Origin: an uncultured Eubacteriales bacterium
GTDB taxonomy: Bacteria; Bacillota; Clostridia; Christensenellales; CAG-917
Assembly (NCBI GenBank): GCA_900547975.1
Contig: URIX01000005.1
Location: 1-63,196 of the forward strand
DNA length: 63,196 bases
Reading direction: 5' to 3'
The position numbers and the translations under genes are program-made. Under the pieces are notes generated by a model, which was not told the DNA's origin, searched no databases, and worked only from the letters and a program-made list of their open reading frames with translations. Shown piece after piece: positions 48,704-56,414 of this stretch; the first letter of the stretch is position 1; every line of letters begins with the position of its first letter.

Positions 48704-48758
48704 TTTATTATCAAACAAATAGTTTGAATAAACTATATTTTCAAACAAGGAGAAACTT

Positions 48759-50114
48759 ATGGCTAAAAACGACAAGATTTGTATCATCGGCGCAGGTCCT
48801 GCGGGATTGAGCGCGGCTGTACACCTTGAGAAGAACGGATACACCGACTACGCTATCCTCGAAAGAGAAGATCACGTTGGCGGCAAGTGCCATTCTCCGT
48901 ATCACGACGGAAAACGATTTGAAATGGGCGCAATTATGGGCTGCCCGACCTACTATGCAGTGCACGAACTCGAATTGTTCGGCGGCGTAGATCACGACGG
49001 ACCGAAGCTCGAGCGTGCTTACCGCAGACAAAACGGCAAACCCTACGATCCGTTCAACCCCAAGAAAAATCCGCTTCTCATTCCGCACCTTTTGAGAATG
49101 AAATCTCAAGTCAAGAAACTCGGCACTTTGCTTGCAACTAAGTATAAGGGCTATCAATACACCGGTCACAAGGGTATTTCCCAAGGCAAGTACGACGGAT
49201 ACGATCCCGTCACCGGCGAACACGTGGTCGGTGAAAACCCCAACCTCAAAGATCTCAGCATGAACTTCAAAGACTTCTGCAAGATGAACGGCGTTTCTCT
49301 TGCGCAAGAAATTTGGATCGGACCGTACACCGCTTTCGGATACGGATTCTTTGACGAGATTCCTGCGGCATACGTTCTCAAATATTTGGATTTTGCAACC
49401 GCGATGTACTTTGTCAACAAAGATTTGTGGACATGGAAAGACGGCACTCAATCCATCTATGAAGCGGTCAATGCAAAATTGCAACATCCCGCGCGCCTCA
49501 ACGTCAACATCACCAAAGTTACGCGTGAAAACGGCAAAGTGCAAGTTTACGTCGGCGACGAGATGGAAGAATTTGACAAGATCATCGTCACTGCGCCGCT
49601 TCAATATTTGCCGAACTATTTCGACGCAACCGAAGACGAGAAGAAACTTTTTGCAAAGATCGACTACGAGCGTTACGACGTCACCGCAATCACTTGCAAG
49701 AAAGGCACGTATTATCCCGATATGTCCGGTTATCTGTTCGACAATATGGTTCCCGAACGCCTCGGTCACCTCATGGTCTTCTACCACAGATGGGCAAACG
49801 AACCCAACCAGGTTCTTACCACCTATGTCTTGCGCAACTACAAGGGCAAGGAACTCAAAACCTATGAAGAAGCAAAGAAGATGGCTTGGGACGATATGAA
49901 ACTTTGCAACATCGATATCGACAAGTGCGTCTACGAGCGCAAGTGGTACTATTTCCCGCACGTCTTTGAAAAGGACTATGCAGACGGTTGGTATGAGAAA
50001 GTCGAAGCAATGCAAGGCAACCTCAACACCTACTATGCAGGCGAAATTATGAGTTTCGGCGATATGGAAGAGACTGCGCAGTATTCCAAAGACCTCGTCG
50101 CCCGCTTCTTCTAA
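48759..50114 (+). CDS. FAD-dependent oxidoreductase, amine-oxidase/protoporphyrinogen-oxidase fold (possible fatty-acid-modifying flavoenzyme)
   Basis: N-terminal dinucleotide fold ICIIGAGPAGLSAAVHLEKNG...ILEREDHVGGK. 451 aa with SD AAGGAG. Confidence 0.8.
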   Translation: MAKNDKICIIGAGPAGLSAAVHLEKNGYTDYAILEREDHVGGKCHSPYHDGKRFEMGAIMGCPTYYAVHELELFGGVDHDGPKLERAYRRQNGKPYDPFNPKKNPLLIPHLLRMKSQVKKLGTLLATKYKGYQYTGHKGISQGKYDGYDPVTGEHVVGENPNLKDLSMNFKDFCKMNGVSLAQEIWIGPYTAFGYGFFDEIPAAYVLKYLDFATAMYFVNKDLWTWKDGTQSIYEAVNAKLQHPARLNVNITKVTRENGKVQVYVGDEMEEFDKIIVTAPLQYLPNYFDATEDEKKLFAKIDYERYDVTAITCKKGTYYPDMSGYLFDNMVPERLGHLMVFYHRWANEPNQVLTTYVLRNYKGKELKTYEEAKKMAWDDMKLCNIDIDKCVYERKWYYFPHVFEKDYADGWYEKVEAMQGNLNTYYAGEIMSFGDMEETAQYSKDLVARFF

Positions 50115-50143
50115 AACCGCACCAAACAGCGACTAGCTTTGTC

Positions 50144-50205
50144 AAAGCCCTTCGGTCACTCGTCGTGTACGCCAAGTACACTAGGCGAGAGCCCGAAGGG
50201 CTTTT
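50144..50205 (+). terminator. Long hairpin terminator with GTAC-N5-GTAC apex
   Basis: AAAGCCCTTCGG (50144-50155) pairs with CCGAAGGGCTTT (within 50191-50204). An inner stem CTCGTC/GGCGAG carries one G-U. The apex is GTGTAC-GCCAA-GTACAC (50165-50181), followed by a T-run. It starts 30 nt after the stop codon. Confidence 0.65.
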
Positions 50206-50261
50206 TCGCGCCATTCATCTGTTTGGCACACTTAGAGGAAAGTGGGCGCAAGATTCTTCTA

Positions 50262-50445
50262 AAAATGCGCTATTGAGCGAATAACTTTGGACGCGATTGA
50301 CGCAAGCGTAGCAATCGCTATTCCGTCACTTCGTTCCTTACAAAACCGTTCACGCAAATAGTCACGTACGCCAAGTACGCTCCTATCTGTGTGAGCGGTT
50401 TTTCCTTGCTCTTCATCTCAATATCGCGGTTTTAGTTAAATATTT
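50262..50445 (+). repeat. Gene-3'-end hairpin-plus-tail repeat, locus R2
   Basis: 5' box AAAAATGCGCTATTGAGCG. A long imperfect hairpin spans 50342-50369 / 50375-50403 with apex ACGTAC-GCCAA-GTACG. The tail is TTCCTTGCTCTTCATCTCAATATCGCGGTTTT (50402-50433). Confidence 0.65.
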
Positions 50446-50539
50446 TTTTTGGTAAATAGTTTTTGTGTCAAAGCCGAAGAACGAAGAAGATATGTAAGAT
50501 TATATAATTTATATATTGATAAATAAAATACTATATAAA

Positions 50540-50910
50540 CGGGGTGACGTTTAGAACTCTAAATACAACTTCCCCCTTCCTCACGTGTTTCCCCTACCGC
50601 CGTTCCCCCTCTGCATACTTTGAGGGAACCCACGGCGTCCGCTTCGCGTGGGGCAACACTCGGCACTCGCATAGATAGGGACATTTCTCTATTTATGCCA
50701 CTGCGCTTTGTGCGCCAGCTACGCATCCAAACGGCGCAGTCGCTTGTACTGTCCGTCAAGCTCGGCGCTCCATTTTCTCGCCGCCTTGCGGCTCGCACCC
50801 TGAATTGGCACATTCCGCGTATAAGAACGCACTGAATAAGTGTTCGTTCGAGTTTGGGTGTCCCACCCGAACGAGCAAAACACGTGAGGAAGGGGGGAGT
50901 TCTATTAAAT
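50540..50910 (+). repeat. Structured intergenic repeat, copy C (subfamily 2; the only complete copy with a closing stem)
   Basis: A 24-bp closing stem pairs 50567-50590 with 50878-50901 (23 Watson-Crick pairs plus one U-G that works only on the + strand). Internal hairpins: GTTCCC..GGGAAC, CCCACG..CGTGGG, CATAGATAG..CTATTTATG, CTGCGC (50701-50706) / GCGCAG (50734-50739), GGGTG (50856-50860) / CACCC (50864-50868). Confidence 0.75.
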
Positions 50911-51337
50911 TGTTAGTTTGTTTTACAAAACAATTCCCCAAAACAAGTTTGCAAAAAGTTACAAATTTGGCAAATAAAGTTGAGAATGTTTGCGAGTTTT
51001 GTCAAAAACATCTGATTTTTTGAAAAATCGCTTATACAAAATTTTTTATTTTTATGCAAAAATTGAGGGTTTTTGCATAAAATCAACCGATATTCGCATC
51101 AAAATTGTGTCAACCGATGGTTGCGACAAATGGGCGCACAAAAGAAAAAAAACGGGAAATCGTGGCATATTTTGTCGATTATATATACTATTTATTACAT
51201 ATGTAATACAAATATCCTTAAATATAAAGAAAAGGACGGGAGGTTGCGCTCGGCTAAAGCGCGACAAAATTTGTAAAATCGAGGCGGTGAAAAAATTTGT
51301 ATAAAAATTAAATTTTTCAAAAAAACAAAAAAAGTTG

Positions 51338-51366
51338 TTTACATATCGGAAAACTGCACTTATAAT
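51338..51366 (+). promoter_or_regulatory. Promoter of the opp operon
   Basis: TTTACA (51338-51343), exact 17-nt spacer, TATAAT (51361-51366). It predicts a ~220-nt 5' UTR before the oppA ATG at 51592. Confidence 0.6.
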
Positions 51367-51591
51367 GTGAACATCAAAAAACATTAAAGAAAAATGAAAA
51401 TCTTGATACTATACAACAAACGCTTGAACAAAAGCAAGCGAAATTGCAAAAAAGTCGAAACAATTTTGCTGTCGCAAGAGTGTAGAGCGTGCGCCTGACG
51501 GTCGGGATTCAACGCGAGTGAAGGGCGCAAGGCAAAAGCCTTAAATCAACAAACAAACCAAATATAAATATAACAATGGAGGTAACAAACA

Positions 51592-53766
51592 ATGAAGCAA
51601 AGAAAGATATTTGCGATTTTGGCAATGGTCCTGGTTCTCGTGCTTTCGGTTGGCGTGTTTGCAGCGTGCAACCCGAAAGAAGACGGTAATAAAGATCAAA
51701 CCGATCCCGATGCGGAAAGACTCGAACAATATCTTGCTGAGTCTGCGAAAATCTACGGAGAGCAACTCGGTGATTTCAAAGCAGCATATGAAAAAGCGGT
51801 TGCAGAAACAAAAAACACCAGCAAGAGATATGCTCTTATGGCACTCGCAGAGGCAAAGTTGATGGAATCCGCAGTTTTCATTCCCGGTAGTGCAAATGGC
51901 GGTACCTATGCAATCAGCAAAGTCGCTCCCAACACCATTTCTTCTGTTTTGTGGGGCAACGACAGTGATCGTTTCCACAACGCAATCCTTGCCGACAAAC
52001 TCATCACGGCAGCAGACAGAACGGCATTGAAAGCAAAATGGTCAACGATGAGAGAAGAAGGCAAAACCGCAAAAGATTATGAAACGGCTGTCAGAACTTA
52101 TTTCTCAGAGCATGGTTATAGCGTGAAAACAACCTACAACATGGGTTATGCTTCCGATCCTCAAACTTGGGACGCTCAAGCAACTTCTCGTGCGGCAGAC
52201 TCCGAGGCAATCGTCAACACATATGATTCCTTGATGGAATACGATGCATTCAACGTATTGCAATACGCTCTTGCAGAAAACCACACCGTGTCCGATGACG
52301 GACTCACCTATACTTTCACTCTCCGCAAAGGCGTTAAATGGGTGAACTCAAAGGGACAAGAAATTGCCGAATTGAAGGCAGACGACTTCGTGGCAGGTTT
52401 CCAACACATGCTCGACGCAAAGGGCGGTCTTGAATATCTTGTCGAGGGCGTTATCGTAAATGCGGCAGAGTACAATGCCAAAGCAGTTACGTTTGACAAA
52501 GTAGGCGTCAAAGCAGACGGCGATTATAAAGTGGTGTACACTCTTACCGAGCCAAAATCCTACTTCCTTACAATGCTCGGTTACAACGTATTTGCTCCTC
52601 TGTGCAGAAGCTTCTATGAATCTCAAGGCGGCAAATTCGGTTCGGAATTCGATGCGGCCGACACAGCTTATAAGTATGGCAAGACGCAAGACAACATTGC
52701 TTATTGCGGACCTTATGTTGTTACAACCAACACCGCAAAATCCGAAATCGTGTTCACCAAGAACGAAAGCTATTGGAACAAAGCCAACATCAATCTTGAT
52801 AAGATCACTTGGAAGTACAATGACGGCAAAGACAATTTGAAAGCGTACAATGATACAAAATCAGGTACTCTTGACGGTGCAGGTCTCAATGCGACTTCTG
52901 CTGCGCAAGCAAAAAAAGATACAGTCGACGGAAAGACCTACTTTGATGAATATCACTATGTGACTGCAACCGACGCAACCGCATTCGGTACATTCTTCAA
53001 CATCAATCGTACTGCATATGCAAACGCACAAGACGGCAAGCTCCAAACTGCAAAAGACAGCGCAGAGCAAGCAAGAACGAAAGCGGCATTGAGCAACGTT
53101 CACTTCCGCAGAGCGCTTGCAATGGCACTTGACAGAACTTCATACAATGCACAAACGGTCGGCGCAGACCTCGCATCCGTTTCGCTCATCAACAGCTTCA
53201 CACCGGGCAACTTCGTTTCTTTGACGGAAGATGTCACCGTTTCAATCAACGGCAAAGACACAACGTTCAAGAAAGGTACGTACTATGGTGCAATCATGCA
53301 AGCACAAATCGACGCTGACGAAGTGAAGATCAAAGTCTGGGATCCGACTGCAGATGAGGGCGCAGGCAGCAGCGCAGGTTTCGATGGTTGGTACAATGCC
53401 GAAAATGCTATGGCAGAACTTAAGATTGCTATGGCAGAACTCAAAGCGCAAGGCGTTGACCTTGAAGAAGGTCCTATCCACCTCGATTTGCCGGCATTTA
53501 TTTCAAGCCAAATCTACTACAACAGAGCGTTCTCTTACAAGAAATCACTTTCAGACGCTCTTGGCGGTTACGTGACGGTTGACCTTGCCGGCGCAACAAC
53601 AAGCGGCGACTGGTACAATGCAGGTTACTACACAGATTTTGGCTATCAAGCAAACTATGATCTCTATGACGTTTCCGGTTGGGGTCCTGACTACGGCGAT
53701 CCGTCGTCCTACCTTGACACACTCACAGAGGGTGGCTACATGGCAAAGTGCCTCGGCATTTTCTAA
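51592..53766 (+). CDS. oppA: Oligopeptide ABC transporter substrate-binding lipoprotein (family 5 SBP, long form)
   Basis: Lipoprotein signal MKQRKIFAILAMVLVLVLSVGVFAA-C and SD GGAGG. SBP_bac_5-like body. 724 aa, larger than the usual ~540. Confidence 0.85.
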   Translation: MKQRKIFAILAMVLVLVLSVGVFAACNPKEDGNKDQTDPDAERLEQYLAESAKIYGEQLGDFKAAYEKAVAETKNTSKRYALMALAEAKLMESAVFIPGSANGGTYAISKVAPNTISSVLWGNDSDRFHNAILADKLITAADRTALKAKWSTMREEGKTAKDYETAVRTYFSEHGYSVKTTYNMGYASDPQTWDAQATSRAADSEAIVNTYDSLMEYDAFNVLQYALAENHTVSDDGLTYTFTLRKGVKWVNSKGQEIAELKADDFVAGFQHMLDAKGGLEYLVEGVIVNAAEYNAKAVTFDKVGVKADGDYKVVYTLTEPKSYFLTMLGYNVFAPLCRSFYESQGGKFGSEFDAADTAYKYGKTQDNIAYCGPYVVTTNTAKSEIVFTKNESYWNKANINLDKITWKYNDGKDNLKAYNDTKSGTLDGAGLNATSAAQAKKDTVDGKTYFDEYHYVTATDATAFGTFFNINRTAYANAQDGKLQTAKDSAEQARTKAALSNVHFRRALAMALDRTSYNAQTVGADLASVSLINSFTPGNFVSLTEDVTVSINGKDTTFKKGTYYGAIMQAQIDADEVKIKVWDPTADEGAGSSAGFDGWYNAENAMAELKIAMAELKAQGVDLEEGPIHLDLPAFISSQIYYNRAFSYKKSLSDALGGYVTVDLAGATTSGDWYNAGYYTDFGYQANYDLYDVSGWGPDYGDPSSYLDTLTEGGYMAKCLGIF

Positions 53767-53782
53767 TGACTGAATTGCGTTG

Positions 53783-53845
53783 ATGACGCTTGCGCGTCAT
53801 GGACGGGATTTATTCGGCAAGGGATGAGTGTGACTCATCCCTTGC
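53783..53845 (+). terminator. Intercistronic hairpin pair (attenuator/mRNA stabiliser) between oppA and oppB
   Basis: ATGACGC-TTGC-GCGTCAT (53783-53800), and a perfect 13-bp stem GCAAGGGATGAGT-GTG-ACTCATCCCTTGC (53817-53845). There is no strong T-run, so termination is probably partial or the hairpins have a processing role. Confidence 0.5.
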
Positions 53846-53870
53846 TGTAATAAAAACCATGGAGTAAACA

Positions 53871-55424
53871 ATGGCAAAATATCTTATAAAAAGAATAATA
53901 CGAGGAATCATCTCCGTCATAATCGTGGTGGGGATTGTTATGCTGCTCATCTACTCGTTGATGAACAGGGATCTCGTATTGGCTGCCGATCCAAACTATA
54001 CGCGACTGGGTACAAATGACAAAACGATGTACAAGTATAGTTTGTGGGAGCAGTATGGATACCTCGATTACGTTCCGTACGGGGATTATCTTGTTGAACT
54101 TGCAAAAAACGGTGAGATAGACGATGACACCAGATCATCGGCGGCACTCCTTGCAAACAATGCAAAAGACGACAATGCGATTGCAAAGGAATATACGCAG
54201 AAATTCACCGATTATTATAAATCTCAAGGATATACGGTTTCCCGCCTTAAAGGCATAAATGTCAAAGGCGGAAATCCGGGGCTTTTTGCATACAAAGACA
54301 TCCACCTTCTCAAACGTTTGTGGAACTACTTTGCAAATTTCATTGAAGTCGATTCCATACATTATGCGGAAGAAATAAACGGTGAGAGAGGTCTTTCTTT
54401 CACTTGGTACGATCCCGCATACGGCGGAAAGAAGTTTTCTCCCGCCATTATCGGCAACGGCACAAAACACAAATATTTGTTGTATTTTGACAATAAGTTC
54501 CCGTTTATTCATCAGAATATCGTCAGAATCAACCTTGGCGTTTCATATTCGATAAATCAGGGTACGGACATCTCGCAAACCATGACAAGCGAACAAGGTT
54601 CTCAAAAAGCAGGCCTTGTCCATTATCCCACGGGCATTGCCGAGGTTTCTCCCGACAATTTGCATTCGGCAACATACATAAAGGGATCGCTTGCGATAAG
54701 CGAACTTAATCAAAAGTATTTTGTTGACGATTATACGCAAGTCGTATTGAACAGAAACGCATTTTCAAAACTCGGATTCTCGTTTGTTATCGGTATTTTG
54801 TCGGTTATCATGGCGTATGTTCTCGGAGTGCCTCTCGGCATTATGATGGCGCGCAACAAAGACAAACTGTTTGACAAACTCGGCACTTTGTACATAATTT
54901 TCATTATGGCTGTGCCGTCGCTTGCATATATCTTTATTTTTGCCGCAATAGGCAGATCCGCAGGTTTGCCCACAACGTTCAGCGTGTCCGCACCTACAAA
55001 AGCGATGTATGTCCTGCCTATCATATCTCTTGCGCTTCCTTCGGTCGCAAACCTTATGAAGTGGCTAAGACGATATATGATCGACCAGCAAAACTCCGAC
55101 TATGTCAAGTTTGCAAGATCGGGTGGTTTGAGCGAGCGAGAGATTTTCAACAAACACATTCTCAAAAACGCAATTATTCCGCTTGTACACGGAATCCCGG
55201 GCAGTGTACTCGGTGCGCTCACCGGCGCGATTATAACCGAGCGTGTGTACACCGTCCCCGGCGCAGGCGGATTGCTTGTCGACGCAATCGGAAAATACGA
55301 CAACGCCGTTATTGTCGGCGTAACGCTGTTCTATGCGGTATTGTCTGTCATTTCGATTATACTCGGCGATATATTGATGGCAATGGTAGATCCGAGAATT
55401 TCATTCTCAGATAAGGCGAGGTGA
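53871..55424 (+). CDS. oppB: Oligopeptide ABC transporter permease (OppB-type) with a large extracytoplasmic insertion
   Basis: N-terminus MAKYLIKRIIRGIISVIIVVGIVMLL (OppB TM1) and BPD_transp_1 core (LGVPLGIMMARNKDKLFD). 517 aa versus about 310 usual. Confidence 0.88.
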   Translation: MAKYLIKRIIRGIISVIIVVGIVMLLIYSLMNRDLVLAADPNYTRLGTNDKTMYKYSLWEQYGYLDYVPYGDYLVELAKNGEIDDDTRSSAALLANNAKDDNAIAKEYTQKFTDYYKSQGYTVSRLKGINVKGGNPGLFAYKDIHLLKRLWNYFANFIEVDSIHYAEEINGERGLSFTWYDPAYGGKKFSPAIIGNGTKHKYLLYFDNKFPFIHQNIVRINLGVSYSINQGTDISQTMTSEQGSQKAGLVHYPTGIAEVSPDNLHSATYIKGSLAISELNQKYFVDDYTQVVLNRNAFSKLGFSFVIGILSVIMAYVLGVPLGIMMARNKDKLFDKLGTLYIIFIMAVPSLAYIFIFAAIGRSAGLPTTFSVSAPTKAMYVLPIISLALPSVANLMKWLRRYMIDQQNSDYVKFARSGGLSEREIFNKHILKNAIIPLVHGIPGSVLGALTGAIITERVYTVPGAGGLLVDAIGKYDNAVIVGVTLFYAVLSVISIILGDILMAMVDPRISFSDKAR

Positions 55425-55428
55425 CGAT

Positions 55429-56406
55429 ATGGAAAATAAAGTTATAGACCTTCAAGAATTCAACATGTCGGATGAAGAGTTGTTCTCTCATGTCGACAAC
55501 AACAAACTTGAATCCGAAAAAATCACCGCGCCCAGATATTCCTATTGGAAGTCTGTGTTCAGAGTGTTTTTCAGAAACAAACTCAACATTGTTCTTTTGG
55601 CACTGTTGTTTTTGGTTGTTGTGTTTGCGTATATCTATCCTATGTGTATCGAATACGATAGGTTTGCAAACATAAACGATCTTTCATCCCAACACTTGAC
55701 GCCGTCGCAGGCAATTGACAAGTACGGATTCAGCATCCACTATATTCTCGGTACGGGCGGCTCCGGTGAGCCTATGTTCGACTCCATTTGGTTCGGTGCG
55801 CGAATATCTATAAGCCTTGCTCTCATTTGCGCGGCAATCAACATGACGGTAGGTATCGTCATAGGCGCAATCTGGGGCTTCTCCAAGAAAGTCGACAAGT
55901 TTATGACCGAAGTGTACAACATCATCGGAAATGTCCCGACAATATTGTTTATTTCGGTTATGGTCATGATTATGTCGGCAAGTTTCTGGACGCTTGTGTT
56001 TGCAATGACGATAACGGGGTGGCTGTTCATAGCCTACTTTATCCGTACGCAAGTCATCATCATTCGCGACAGGGAATACAACCTTGCGTCAAAGTGCTTA
56101 GGCACGCCGATTTTCCGTATCGCAATGAGAAATATTTTGCCGTTTATGACGTCGATCATCGTTACGCTCGCGGCAACCGAAATCCCGAGTTACATTTCGT
56201 CGGAAGTTTTCCTTTCCTACATCGGAATCGGTATGTCGGACATGTCACTCGGAAAAATAATCGAAATGACCAACGCTTCGATGTTTGTTACCGGCAGAGA
56301 ACTTGAATTCTGGGCACCCGTTACGGTGACGGCAATCATAACCATCGTCCTCTATGTGGTCGGTCAAAAACTCGGTGACGCTTCCGATCCGAGAACGCAT
56401 ATGTGA
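55429..56406 (+). CDS. oppC: Oligopeptide ABC transporter permease (OppC-type)
   Basis: YWKSVFRVFFRNKLNIVLL N-terminal OppC motif and permease core. 325 aa. Confidence 0.9.
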   Translation: MENKVIDLQEFNMSDEELFSHVDNNKLESEKITAPRYSYWKSVFRVFFRNKLNIVLLALLFLVVVFAYIYPMCIEYDRFANINDLSSQHLTPSQAIDKYGFSIHYILGTGGSGEPMFDSIWFGARISISLALICAAINMTVGIVIGAIWGFSKKVDKFMTEVYNIIGNVPTILFISVMVMIMSASFWTLVFAMTITGWLFIAYFIRTQVIIIRDREYNLASKCLGTPIFRIAMRNILPFMTSIIVTLAATEIPSYISSEVFLSYIGIGMSDMSLGKIIEMTNASMFVTGRELEFWAPVTVTAIITIVLYVVGQKLGDASDPRTHM

Positions 56407-56414
56407 GGTGACGT

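Noticed and set aside
50227-50246. AGAGGAAAGT string resembling the conserved P4 region of RNase P RNA (GAGGAAAGTCC)
   Set aside because: Only about 10 nt match. The flanking sequence lacks the rest of the RNase P core (no P2/P3 pairing, and no ACAGAA/CCGCC-type 3' partner). A related string in copy B (45870-45890) shows it is part of the repeat family.
45498-50910. Possibility that the repeated elements are a CRISPR array or tRNA/tmRNA genes
   Set aside because: The copies are 5 kb or more apart and 340-400 nt long. There is no short repeat-spacer periodicity and no cas genes. There is no cloverleaf or T-loop GGTTCGA-type motif and no tmRNA tag-ORF features.
51014-51028. CodY-box-like palindrome GATTTTTTGAAAAAT upstream of the opp operon (12/15 matches to AATTTTCWGAAAATT). 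A second AT-rich candidate lies near 51311-51330.
   Set aside because: The site lies about 310 nt upstream of the -35 element in a very AT-rich region where such matches arise by chance. I cannot support it as a functional site from sequence alone.
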